Notes: generated by a model from the letters alone, not told the origin. Counted from the first letter of the stretch, positions 13,701-25,700 are shown. The stretch: 64,000 nucleotides of DNA from Selaginella moellendorffii (GCF_000143415.4 NW_003314284.1:1572434-1636433), one strand, 5' to 3'. Program-made: numbers and translations.

Positions 13701-14171
13701 TGTGAATTTGGACATGGGACGAACACCATTATGTTCAGACCGATCTCTACATTCCATAGATATGCCAATGAGCAAATCTGAACACTTTCCATAAATAGCA
13801 TTTGGGACCGAAATGAAACTAATACAAAGGGCATGATAGCGAGGGTGTTTGGCAGACACGGTAAGCTATCATTTAGCAATATTGAGGGACCAATCTCAAT
13901 ATCACAGGGGTTCCCAACACTAGCAAGTGCAAGTCAACGAATGAGTTTCTCTAACCAAGTCAAGTATGCTTGACAAATAGCACGTAGGAATTCCGTCCTT
14001 ATGCCCATCTGGTCAAATGCACACACGAAGACCAATTTCTCAACTAGCTTAGGCGGAGACTGATAACGGGCCTAGCAATATCGACCTCCTGCCATCGTGG
14101 CAGTAAGGTAAGAGTGTCCGTAAGGACTAGCCGACAGGTAACTTTCGATACCTGAAGTCACATTCGCGACA
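7704..14171 (-). mobile_element. Full-length non-autonomous LTR retrotransposon (copia-derived)
   Basis: LTRs at 7704-8857 and 13071-14171 (TG...CA). 5-bp TSD GATAC at 7699-7703 and 14172-14176. PBS TGGTATCAGAG (tRNA-iMet) at 13058-13068 minus. PPT at 8858-8870. The internal region has no long ORF, only RNaseH-like traces (LHGFS...ISWS...LSVTEY at 10280-10513). Confidence 0.93.
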
Positions 14172-14179
14172 GATACGAC

Positions 14180-14660
14180 ATTTAAATTCATGTCAAGGTG
14201 CTCTCCATGTGCTTGAAAAAACTTTAGGAGGATGTAACGAGAAGGATTCCAAGCTAATGGCATTACTTGCATGTGCTTTTTGATGGCTTACAATCACTGG
14301 ACATCGAGTGACTAGGAGTGGAAGAATTGGTGACAAAATAAATGGAAAGTGTGTAAACCTTATTGTTTTAGTCATTTTCTTGCAAAAGAATTTTGAACTA
14401 GAGAGGATAAATGTTGGTGATTTAGTGTTCTACATTCTTTTTCAAGTGTTTTAGGTTTTCATTGTGATGAAGCAAGAGTAGTTACAACATTTTACAAAAT
14501 TCAAATAAGATCTAGAAGATGATAGTGGTTGAATTTTCATATTTATAGGAATTTGTTGTAGGACTCGGAGCATTGCTTCCTGGCAGACATTTTGAATGAG
14601 TCATGTGTTAAATGTTCATCACAATAGTGAAATAGATTGTGCTCCCTATTTCTAACTAAG
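14180..14660 (+). pseudogene. Possible decayed PPR gene fragment
   Basis: FRRM*REGFQANGITCMCFLMAYNH resembles the PLS-PPR motif FxxMxxEGxxPDxITFxxxLxACSH. Multiple stops are present. Confidence 0.35.
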
Positions 14661-17209
14661 AAAAAAATTATATAAGAGACCACTAAATCTCATTACCAAG
14701 AGAATCACAATAAATCATTGTTCTATTGTTTTATTTTTTAAAGATGTATTGTTCTATTCCAAAGTATGTACAACTACATCTTCTCAAATTGAAATGTTCT
14801 CTACTTCTCCCAGTGGAGTTGGGTCCCTATTAATGTGTGTGTCCATGAGCCCAGTGTTAGAGTTGGCAGTTGGATAGTGGAGGCTTTACCACAATCACCT
14901 GCAAGTAGAGGTGTAATTGGCAGCTTCATTCTCATTCACTGTGCAGGCAGGTTCCCACAGTCTTAGAAGGATGCCCTTCATAGCATGACTCAGTAGCGAG
15001 AATGTCTTGGTAATTGTTACCAAAGGTGGCCAGCACTAAGTGAGTAGGTTGTTATTGGTGACATGGTATGTGATGTACTACTAGAGCCATCATATTGGCT
15101 CTTGCAATGAATAGAGCTGGCTGCTTGGAAATGCACACTCTAGGTGAGGGATGTGAAGCCAATGCTGGTGGTGTAGGCACCAAAGAAAAGGCCAAACAAC
15201 TGCCTGTTGCTGATGTCATTAGCCTCTGCCCACCACTGTTTGTTTTACATGGCTTCTAGCTCACAGCTAGGAAGGGACATTAAAGTTCTACTGTGCTTTG
15301 CTAAAAGACACCAGGTTAGTATGTTAACAACATAGGCCTTACCTCCAAAGTTGGGCACCACCATCTTCTAACTCACAAAGCCCAACTTAACATACACACT
15401 GACAGTAAAGTTGCATGACTCCCTTTTACATGCTTTGTTTTTCCATCCCAAGCCAAGGAATAAATAAGCCTTTATTGCACCATAGGATGTCATGAATTAT
15501 TATTGTAATTTCTTTGTACTATACCATGTACTTTGATAAGACAATCCTAAGAAGACCTCATTTTGGTAATTTTTGAAGGAAATGAGCATATTTCCATCGC
15601 ATCACTCCACCAAGCAAGATAACAGTAATACAATTACTCATTAGCATTTAGACCCCAGATCTGTTGGGCAAACAAACATAAATTTTGAATGAGCGGCGGC
15701 AACAATGAATTCCTGAAATACCATTATACTCTTTCTTTCAGTTTTGAAGTTATGCTTAATCAACTTAGTCGCAAAGACTCATGGCAAAGCTCATTATCAT
15801 TGGATAAATTGCTAGAAGACTTGCTAGCAGTGGGGAGGATGTAAGGAGAGAAGTAATGGCAACACTACTATATTTCCTCCTTTTCCCCTCTTCCTTTTTT
15901 TTTTTTTTTTTTTGTGATAAACTATGGCCTATCAGCCTTAGAAAAGGACAATCCCAAGATCTTTGCCAGTAATTCTTCCCCTCTTTTATATGGCAAGAGT
16001 GGATGCAAGTTCTTAGCATTTGAATCATGCACCTACAAAGTTATTATGACTAACTTGTAACATCAAAAGTTGTAAATGACTATTAACACTTTTTTAGACA
16101 TGGCTATCTCTTTTACTTTTTTCAGACTTACATGTTGTTCTACTCTAAAGTATATATAACAACATATTTTCATCTTTACTTTTCCCAGCGGTGCTGGGAG
16201 CCCTGCTAGTAGGAACTTAATTCAATTTTGAGTGAGGCAAGAATATTTTCAAAGAATATTCAATACGGTAAAAGAGTGACTGAAGGGTAGGATCCTAATA
16301 TCTTCTTGGCATGACTCCATAAACCTTTTAAACAAGAAAAACACAGCAAACAATGTCATAAGAATGATGAATGACTTGAATCCCAGGAGAGACCCTCCCT
16401 CTTCAAACTGATCACTCCTTTATTTTCGATTGAATATTTGAACTCTGTTTCGTTTTGTTCCTGAACCAAATATCCCTCAGCGACTAAAGCTTCCTGGTCT
16501 CCTGGATTGGCTCTCTGGCTAGCCTAGCATGAACTCTCCTCTCTGTTTTTCTGTTCTTAAATTTTCTTGGTCCATTGTCTCTCACTTTGATTCTATCCAT
16601 AGGTGACAGAATGTCAGTCAGTCCAATACTTTATCAAACTTTATAAGCTCTGCAGTGTTAAAAAACCATGTTCCAAACAAGCTTCAAGAAGTAACTGTCA
16701 ACGCATTGATGCGGGCCTTGACACCTTGCTAAGGAGGATAACACGGTTGAAAAGATCAAAGATTCAGGTGAAATCTGAACTAGGAATATGAACCCATAGC
16801 AGTCTGTTTCGGTCGCTATCACCTTGATGCCATCAGCAAGAGTGCCAACCCGATCTTTTTGATTTCATATCTCCAAACAATCACCATGCTACCTTGACGA
16901 AAGTGCTCTTCCCACTCGGAAAAGGTCTCAAAAAACAACAAAGAACCTGGCTGACCGAGAACAAGAGTCATGGAACCTCGTCCTTGAGAACCTTGATCTT
17001 GCTGGATTTCTTCTAGGAACGAGCCAGCTTAATACAAACTCCTGGGAGATCCTGACCCTGGAAGAGGAGGGACCCTCTTCACTCCTTTTGATTGAATTTA
17101 GGGCTATATATATATATATATAAGCCGATTCTATCGTCATGATCGCAACCTGGACAACGCGAGGGCAATCCTCGCCAGGATGCCGCAGCACGACCCAATT
17201 CTAGGCACT

Positions 17210-17735
17210 TCAGAGTATGTAGACGTTTACACCAGACATTGCAACACTGTTGACAGCTGAAATGAACTTGTACTTGATCTTGGACGATGCAAAATTGATG
17301 AGGTACTGGCAGTCAGCGGCTTTGGGTGAGGTGTAACAGCATCCACGAGATGCCGTGAGATTGTGCTCCAGTAGCTATTGCTTCTCCCAAATTCCTCCCC
17401 TCGAGCGCACTACACCAGCTTTTCCAGTTCCATATCTGCGGCGCAAGCTGCCAAAGCATACGAGAAACTCCACCAAGCCACCCGTAATAAGTGTCTGCTA
17501 CCCAAACCTTGCCTCGTCTGTCAGCTTTGCTGCCATCACCTTATCGTCTCCTTGATGCTCATGAACCTCAAGCTCCATCACGTCCAACTGGCTAGCTTCC
17601 TCCTCCCAGAGCGTAGTCAAGGCGTCGAACTCGTCACTATCCCAAGGATACATGAAGACTGTCTGAGCATTCTTCACGTTCTGGGGATTTGGAGATGTTG
17701 CAACCAGTACCTTCCGGCCGCGGACGTCAATAAAC
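17210..17735 (-). pseudogene. Crinkler/RHS-type NTPase relic, frameshifted
   Basis: Minus-strand translation gives KVLVATSPNPQNVKNAQTVFMYPWDSDEF. After frameshifts it continues YYGWLGGVSRML, ISWMLLH and YLINFASSKI, matching the Crinkler/RHS NTPase motif order (hhhSSP...MPxW...GGxPR...SxxLhH...FAS). Confidence 0.55.
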
Positions 17736-17736
17736 C

Positions 17737-19429
17737 CTAATTTTTGCAGAAAGTAGTGTTCTTCAAGTAATGCAGCGCTTCCTGAGCACTCCGGAACCCG
17801 TGCCGTAAAAGCCTAGCCCGAAACTCCTTGGCCTCGGGTGACAGATCAGAAAAGCTCTCCATAAGCCTTCCAACAAGATAGAGATCCGAGGACCGCGTGT
17901 AGAGGCCGTCAACCAATGTGTTCTCGTCCCAGGCGCGAAGCCAGCAGCAGCTCGGCTTACAGTCTGTCTTCCACACCGTCTCAAGATCGATGAGCATCCA
18001 ACCCTCATTACTAGCCGGACACTGGAGGACGTTTTTCCATCTGATGTCCCTGTGAACCAAGCCCGCCTGGTGCAACGCATGCAGCCCGTGAAGCACGTCC
18101 TGCATGGCCGGCCACAAGTCATCTTTACGAGAAATTATGCGCTCGTATCCCACCGAATGAATGACCACACTGTATCGCTCACCCCTGACTTTGACGTCGC
18201 CGGACACCAGCCCCACAGCGCCAAGCCCGTATGCTCGCGTCACCAAAGCCGTCGTAGTGAATCCTTCCGCAACATGCTGCGACCAGGAACGAACCTCCTT
18301 GATCACCTTGGGATAGACGATCCGCAGAGTCCTGGCTATCTGGCCGAGGGAGCCGTAAGAGGCGGGAGGAAGCACGTTGAATGGCCTCGGCAGAGAATTC
18401 ATCTTGCTGTAGAAGTCTGAGATTGTCAAGGCAATCCGGAGGAAGTTGACGGAGAGTCGCAAGCATGTTGCCTTGTCCCCGAGTGACACCATGTTTAAGC
18501 GCCCAAACAGATCATCTGGTGCATGTTGCCCATGTCTCACAGCCCATCCTGCCATCTCCGGACCTGCTAGTGCTACCCCAAGCATCCACTGGACGGGTCC
18601 ATAGTACTGCGGTGGAAGCACGCCAAGTTTCTTTGTCAGGTCCTGGAACGCCTCTTCCAGAGTTGCCCGTTTCTCCTCAAACTTGACGCAGAGCCTGTTC
18701 GAGATCCAAAGCAGCAAATCCGGACGGGCGTCTGCGGTTGAAGCACCAGAGAGCTCGGTGACACTCCGGTTGAGCTGAACGCTGGTGATCTCCGACAGAT
18801 ACAGCAGCTCCATCCACAAGTTGCAAAATGCCGAGTCCCAGAAACTTTGATTCTCGGACATGCAAAACGCCACCCTCGAGTTCATGAAGGTGGTGACGCA
18901 AGCGGAGATCCTCTCGGCGGGGTACTGGCTGGTTGGAATGAACTGAGTGGCACAGCTCGGATCCAGAGTTGCGTATGTAGCAGGACCAACAGGAAGCGGC
19001 AAAGGCAGTGGCTCCTCCAACGCTCTCCGCAAGTCGGCAACTCCTAGGACAGCAAACGGAAATGGGCGTAACACAGTGCGAGCCCATTCCTTGCTGTTAT
19101 CACAAGCATCTGCGTGAAATGCATGAGAAGAGTAGCATGCCAGACAAAATCAAACCTGCGAAGAGCGCCTTGCGGAGATGGAGCTCGAATGCTGGGGGAA
19201 GCGGTGACGCAGGATCTGGCATAGGAATTTCCATCCATCCCTTGGAGGTAAGGACCGCGTCCACTGTGAGAGCCGTCTTGAGCCAGCTTGCAAGCTCGGC
19301 CGAATCCTCGATGTCGAATAGCACGGCCCGGAATGCTACCTTAGAACGAAGATCGTCCACATTCCTACCACGCTCCTCCGCCGGATGCACGTACACAAGG
19401 CGCACGGGAATCGGAAACACATCGTCCAT
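17737..19429 (-). CDS. Crinkler-type protein: N-terminal header + PD-(D/E)xK REase-fold domain + protein kinase-like domain (~548 aa)
   Basis: Two exons (19429-19156 and 19109-17737) are joined in frame by a 46-bp GT-AG intron (...ALFA|DACDNSKEWARTVLRPF). REase motif RPDLLLW...KFEEK. Kinase motifs LHQAGLVHRDIRWKNVL, LIDLE and SDLYLVGRL. Confidence 0.8.
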
Positions 19430-19542
19430 TGCCTAGAACCCTAACCCTATAAGCTCTCCTTTCCCTCCATTGACTTTAAACCTTAACGATGTTTTAGTCT
19501 TTTAGGGTTCTTAGTTATTTCAGGGTTTTTTCTATCGACTCT
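19430..19542. promoter_or_regulatory. Bidirectional promoter with telo-box-like motifs
   Basis: 113 bp between divergent ATGs. AACCCTAA at ~19437-19444 and TTAGGGTT at ~19502-19509. Confidence 0.5.
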
Positions 19543-20868
19543 ATGGCTGTAACTGTGGAGGTGAAGGAGCTCTGCTTCACGTACCCGGGGATCGATGGAA
19601 ATGCCGCACCAGGAGCAAAGCCGCTTGTCCAGGGATTTTCCCTCACGCTGCGAGCCGGGGATCGATGCTTGCTCATCGGCGCCAATGGGGCAGGTATCGC
19701 ATTCTTCTTCGTTTTTTCGGCCAAGAATCACGAAATATCGTGAGGGATTCGGCAGGGAAGACTACTGTGCTCAAGATTATCGGTGGCAAGCACTTCGTGC
19801 ATCCGGATATGGTGCGCGTCCTCGGCAAATCGGCCTTCCACGATACCTCCATCACTTGCTCTGGCGATCTATCGTACCTTGGCGGGGAGGTATGATAGAT
19901 ACCTTTTTTTTCTCCTTTCTTCTCGGAGAGTTTTGAGAATTCTTTGTTGGCCAGTAGTGGAGGCGAGATGTCGCGTTTGCGGGATTCGATGTACCAATCC
20001 AAATGGACATCTCCGCGGGAAAGATGATTCTGGGAGTAGCTGGTACCGACGAAGAGCGTCGAAAGAAGTTGATTCAGGTGATCATTCGAGTGTCTTCTTT
20101 TCCTGGAACTTGTTTTTTTCTCTCTGTGCATCGTTTGTACAGGTTCTCGACATTGATCTTAACTGGAGAATGCACAAGGTCTCTGATGGCCAGCGAAGAC
20201 GTGTCCAGATTTGCATGGGTCTCCTGAAACCATTCAAGGCAAGTAACCCACTTCAAAGATGTTTCAAGCTTCTTCTGTTTCTTTTCCTTTGTTTCAGGTG
20301 TTATTGCTAGATGAGATCACCGTCGACCTGGACGTGCTCGCGCGATCAGACCTTCTCGCGTTTCTCAAGTCCGAGTGCCTGGACCGTGGAGCAACTATCA
20401 TCTACGCAACTCATATCTTCGACGGGCTTGAGTCATGGCCTTCTCATATTGTAAGCTCTTTGATCTTCATCTTTGTGCATCTCATTCCATTCAGGCTTAT
20501 CTGGCAAGCGGTAGACTCCAGATCATGAAACCTCTCCACGAGATTCCAGAGCTCAAGGAGTTATCTCTCATGGTATGGAAAGCTTGCATAGCAAAACTTC
20601 CATTATTACTAACTCAATGGAGCCTCGACAGAGAACGGTTGAGAAATGGTTGCGGAAGGAGACTAACGAGCAGAGAAAGGCCAGAAAGCTCAGGCTAGAA
20701 CAAGGGCTGCCAGAATTTGAGGACCGGATCGAAGGTAGCCGTGTCATTGGCGGAAGAGAAAAGGCGTTACCACTGAACAACGGATGGATCGAAGGCAGGA
20801 TGACGTCCAGCCTTGCAGGACAGGAGGATCCTTTCAACCTTAGCTCCAACCGAGTTCTTCGACTGTGA
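19543..20868 (+). CDS. ABCI20: ABC transporter I family member (soluble single NBD, CAF16-like)
   Basis: Spliced product [19 protein letters not shown]...GANGAGKTT...[32 protein letters not shown]...NNGW..GR...SSNRVLR closely matches plant ABCI20. Several short introns. Confidence 0.9.
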
Positions 20869-20932
20869 TGGTAACTTCCAGTAGTTCCAGCAGCGACAAA
20901 TAAGCTCAGCGTGTTTTTACGCAATCTTTTTC

Positions 20933-22498
20933 ATGGATAGATCGCTCGTGACGCTGGTCCGAAACGCGAGTGATTTGCTCGAGTTGGCGAAGGCTCGCGA
21001 GCTCGTTGTTTCGAGCGGCCACGGCGACGATCGCTTCCTGGCCAATCTCCTTGTCCAGAGATACGGCAAATGCGGCAGCGTGAGAGACGCCCGGGCAGTC
21101 TTCGATGGGATTCGCTCGAGAAACGCCTTCTCCTGGGCGATCATGCTGGCGGCCTATGTCCAGAATGGACACGACTCGGAGGCGCTGGATTTGTTCGCCC
21201 AGATGAGCAGAGAAGGTGCCCAGCCGGACGAGTTCGCGTTTGCCAGCGTTCTCGGGGCGTGTGGGAACCTGAAGCAAGGCAAGGCAATTCACGCACAGAT
21301 CGAGAGCTCTGGATTGAGGCCTGACGTCGTGCTTGGAACTGCGCTCGTCAACATGTATGCAAAGTGCTGGGCAGTGGAGGAAGCAAAGGTGATGTTCGAC
21401 CAGATGGCCGAGAGGAACGTAGTTACGTGGACAGCCATGATCACGGCGTTTGCCCAAGGTGGGCTTTTGCACGAGGCACTACAGGTGTTGAAAGGGATGG
21501 ACTGCGAAGGCCTGAAGCAGAACGACGTGACTTTTATCAGCTTGTTGGGAGCTTGCTCTTCTGCTCAAGACGTCCACCGAGGCCGGGAAGTTTACGCTCG
21601 AGCAGTGGCTTGCGGCTACCAGTCTCACACCGCTGTGCAAAACGCCGCCGTCAACATGTTCGTCAAGTGCGGGAGCGTTCCCGCTGCGAAAAGTGTTTTC
21701 GAGGTGATGGAGACGAAGGATCTCGTGTCGTGGAACGAGATGATCGCGGCATTCACGCAGAAAGGCCTCGACGACGACGCCGTGGAGCTTTTCTGGAGAA
21801 TGAACTTGGAAGGCTTCCGTCCCAACGATTTCACTTTCAGCAGCATCCTGGGCTCCTGCTCGGTCGAGCAAGGTACTGTAATCCACCAGTGCATTGCTTC
21901 CAGCGTCTTTACCTCCGATACTACGGTGCAGAACGCGCTGCTCAACATGTATGCCAAAGCCGGGAAGATCCAGCGCGCAAAGGACTTGTTCGATGGGATC
22001 CAGAAGAGGACTCTGGTTTCCTGGACGACCATGATAACCGCGTACTCTCAGCATGGCCGCCACGAGGAAGCCCTCGAAATCTTCAAGAACATGATCCTGG
22101 AGGGGTTTGAGCCGGACGATATCACCTTCATCAGCATTCTCAACGCTTGCTCCCATGCGGGACTGCTCTACCAAGGTTGGTTCTACTATACGTGCATGTC
22201 CGAGGATCACAAGCTCCCCGTGTCGCAGGAACATCACGCGTGCATGATCGATCTGCTCGTCAAAGCGGGCTGGATGAGTCATGCGGAGGACTTCCTGCGG
22301 AGGCTGCCCAGCCATTCCGACCCGATCCTGTGGCGGATTCTACTGAATGCGTGCTCCATGCACGGTGAAGTGGCGAGAGCAGCGCGGGTTACCGAGATCA
22401 TGTCCAAGCTGGAGCCCAACGACGACTCGCACCTCGTTTTGCTGTCCAACGTGTACAAGACGAGCTTCTCTCAAGGTTTCAGAGTCCTGGGCGGTTGA
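20933..22498 (+). CDS. PLS-class pentatricopeptide repeat protein (E-type)
   Basis: Intronless 521 aa ORF with repeated YxKCG/VVxWxAMI motifs, ACSHAG, and E-domain PILWRILLNAC...LVLLSNVY. No DYW domain. Confidence 0.92.
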   Translation: MDRSLVTLVRNASDLLELAKARELVVSSGHGDDRFLANLLVQRYGKCGSVRDARAVFDGIRSRNAFSWAIMLAAYVQNGHDSEALDLFAQMSREGAQPDEFAFASVLGACGNLKQGKAIHAQIESSGLRPDVVLGTALVNMYAKCWAVEEAKVMFDQMAERNVVTWTAMITAFAQGGLLHEALQVLKGMDCEGLKQNDVTFISLLGACSSAQDVHRGREVYARAVACGYQSHTAVQNAAVNMFVKCGSVPAAKSVFEVMETKDLVSWNEMIAAFTQKGLDDDAVELFWRMNLEGFRPNDFTFSSILGSCSVEQGTVIHQCIASSVFTSDTTVQNALLNMYAKAGKIQRAKDLFDGIQKRTLVSWTTMITAYSQHGRHEEALEIFKNMILEGFEPDDITFISILNACSHAGLLYQGWFYYTCMSEDHKLPVSQEHHACMIDLLVKAGWMSHAEDFLRRLPSHSDPILWRILLNACSMHGEVARAARVTEIMSKLEPNDDSHLVLLSNVYKTSFSQGFRVLGG

Positions 22499-22581
22499 AG
22501 GATGACAAGCTGCTTCGTTCATTCTACTTAGCAGGAGAAGTATGGACCAGGAATTCGTTCATCACGCAAACAGGCAAACAT

Positions 22582-24439
22582 TCACGTATTACTAACTGTG
22601 TCTTCTTGTCTTACAGGAGTAGCCGCTGCCTCTACCTCTGGCGCGGCTTTCTGTTCCATGCTCTCCGGAAGGTCAGAAATCTGTTCAGACGCCTCAAAGA
22701 ATTCTTCCGGTTTGACTTCTTCCTGGCCTTGTGCAGCGGTACTCGCATTTACTGAAGTATCGACGTCTGGTGATGGCTCGACGTGTAATTCTCCAGCATC
22801 CAAAGATACGTCGGCAGCAGCAGCCTGATCACGAGCAGGTTCGCCTTGTCCACTTTCTTCCTTGCTTTGGGCGTTCCTGGCCTCGTCAGGATCCAGAGCC
22901 CCAAAGTCCACCTTCTCACTTGAGGCTTTATTACTACCCTCTGCAGCGTCCGCCGTACTTCGAGGTTTCGATGCTCCCGTCTCATTCGTGTCGACGTTGT
23001 TTTCAACCTGCGCAATAGATATATCACGAGTACAAAGATATCGTAAATCAATCGTACCTTCTGAAGGATATCGGTGTCTCCACCACTGTCGCCTACAGGT
23101 TCGATGCTCTCGCTGTTTTCATCCTTGCCATTGTTTCCACCAGGTACTGCTTCGTTTCCAGCTTCAGCCGCAGCTTCATCGTTTTCAACTTCATTCTTAC
23201 CATGAGGTACTGCTATTGCTTCGTTTCCAGCTTCAGCAGCTTCATCGTTTTCAGCTTCATTTTTACCATGTGGTACTGCTACTGCTGCTTCGTTTCCACC
23301 TTGAGCCGTAGCTTCATCGTTTTCAGCTTCATTCTTACCAGGTGGTACTACTTCCTCTTTTCTTTCATCCTTACCAGGTGGCACTATATCCTTGTCGTGA
23401 GCAGGTCCTGCTTCTTCGTCCTGACCAAGTGGTACTCCTACTTCTTCGTTTCCAGCTTCATCCTTACCAGGTAACGCAACTACTTCACTTCCAGCTTCTT
23501 CCATACCCGGCGGTATTACTACGTCTTTTTCAGCTTCATCCTGTACCGCTTCCTTCTTACTAGCTACTGCTTCTTCTTCCTCTGCCCCTTTGGAAGTGGA
23601 CGTCTTCTCTTCAACCACTCGGCCTTGGCCGGATCCAACAGCCCCTTCGCCTCCGAAGATCTCGATCTCAAACTTCTCCGACTCCTGTGGCTTGAGGACC
23701 AGCTCGAACTTGTCGGATTCCTGCGTTATCAGATCAACCTGCTTCTCGTCCACTTGCTCTGATCCACTGTCAGCCGGGGGGGCAACGGAAACAACTTCCT
23801 CTTTATTTGCTGGTGCTGGTGAAGCGTCAGCTGGTGGAGATTTGTTAGACTCGGAAATCTCGGGTGTGCTCGGCCGCTCCTCCTCAACATGCTCGACTTT
23901 CTGTGGTGGGGCTTCGCCTCCTTTCACAGCTCCAGTGCCTTCCTCATCAGCACTAGTGGGATCAAGCTCTTGCTTCTCGATCTCAGCAGGAGCAATGACA
24001 CCACCAGCATTTCCAGATCCTTCCTCCTTGCTGCTATCCTCGGCTATTGTCTCCAAAAGGACCACGCCACCCTCGACCGCTGCTGCTGCCTTGTCCGTCG
24101 TCTCCTCCTCCTGCTCCTCGGCGGAGCTATCTTCCTCTGGAATCCGCTTGAGCTGCCCGTTCTCCTCTTCGTCCTCCCGCTCCTCGTCCTGTCACAACGG
24201 CAAAGACAAAAGGTAACCATTTTTATCTTGAAACATATCTCACTCACTCGCTCACTATCACCTCCTCTCTACAGGAGCAACAATTTTCTCTCTACCTTTG
24301 CGAAGAGCTGCTGGAGGGAACGATCTGATCCCTTAGCCGGGGTAGCAGCAGCTGGTGTAGACTCTCCAGGATGGCTATCCGTCTTGGGCTTTTCAGCTGG
24401 AGGATCCACCGCTACTGGCTTGCTGATACACTTCCCCAT
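22582..24439 (-). CDS. Acidic, disordered repeat protein with N-terminal MGKCISK acylation motif
   Basis: Three exons (24439-24296, 24188-23058, 23007-22582) are joined in frame by GT-AG introns. Glu/Ala-rich, with tandem (P)GKNEAENDEA..GNEA repeats. The exact 3' end is less certain. Confidence 0.75.
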
Positions 24440-24949
24440 ATTCGAATGGAGGGAGGGATACGGATTTGGCAGAAGCACACACCTGGCCGGAAAGACTACA
24501 CCAAGACAATGGCAGCAGAGAAAATTCGAAGACCCTCTTCTAGTCCGCCAGGCGCAAGTCTTTAAACTCTGGCAGCCCAGCACTTAAAGAAGCTACTGAG
24601 AGTAAAGCAATGCTCGCCTCGGCCACCATTACCGTATCTCAGGCTTTGGATCCTCCCGGAGTTTCCCGGAGCACGGCGGCACTGGCAGAGAGTGGCACAG
24701 ACAAGAGCGAGCTAAGATTTGAACAAGCTCTACATTCTTTCTCCCATTTTATTGCCACCATGGCCGCTGCTGTGCTGCGACTGCTGCTACTGGCCACTGG
24801 TGCCAGCAGCCCTTATGGACAAAACTCTGGTGGTTTTTTAGTATTAAACATTTTTTTTTGCTTTAGAGTGTTCCTTGTTCTTATTCTTATTGCTAGCTTT
24901 CAAGAACAGTACTTAGTATCAAACAAATTTTTCTTGCAGAAAGTGTAAC

Positions 24950-25700
24950 CTTAGCTTGCAATCCAGCAACTTTGCTTCTGGTCGTTTTCGCCAAGATGCA
25001 TAAAAGATAAAAACCAACCCAGCGCAGGTCCTTCAAAGGCAAGACAGGAGAAGCGTACGGACACCTGATCCTGAGAGATATGCTGTGTACGAATATCTCC
25101 TGTGGAAGAAAAACCCGCTTAGTAGCTCATGACAAGTCCAGCTCGAAAAGAAAGTTTTTAACTTTCCAGGCTGTACCCTCGTGAAAAATCCAGCTCACGC
25201 GAAACTCTGATCTTTCATTTTGAAAACACTCCTCCATGGATCTAGCAAAGAGCAGTCAGATCGATTTTTTATCAGCTGGAAAAAAGCTATCCCAAGTTAC
25301 CTTGTTGCTTTCCATCGCTTGCTTTTCTCTTTGTGTGGTGTATGGAGAATGCCAGCGCCCTTGTTGACCCCCAAAAGGAAGATGGAGTCAAAGTTTTCAC
25401 CTTTTTTATTCTCTTCTGGAGGAGTCTGGACAGAATGATTTCTCCGAGAGCCCAGAGTGGCATCGTGATGAGCTCAGGTAGTGATTTACAGCCACGCCAA
25501 TTATCAGCACCAGTATCACCTTGATCACTCTCATGTGCTTCTCGTTTCTCAGCCACTTGAACTTTTGGCTCGGAAACCCCGGCTTCTTCCCTTCTGCTTT
25601 TGCCAAGAGTGAATGGCGTAAGAATGAGCCTGGAATGAATGGATGGGGAGAAAAGTCTACCCTTTCTTCCTCGCCTGTTTTTCGCCTCACAGCTAGCCAA
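24950..25700 (-). pseudogene. Unidentified spliced gene remnant
   Basis: Exon/intron-like alternation on the minus strand with apparent stops. No recognisable domain. Confidence 0.2.

Noticed and set aside
20906-22315. Overlapping 188-278 aa alternative-frame ORFs
   Set aside because: Shadows of the PPR coding sequence.
22749-23057. C-terminal part of the 438-aa ORF with a hydrophobic stretch (IFVLVIYLL)
   Set aside because: Read-through of a GT-AG intron (23057-23008). The spliced frame continues into the acidic 22582-23007 exon instead.
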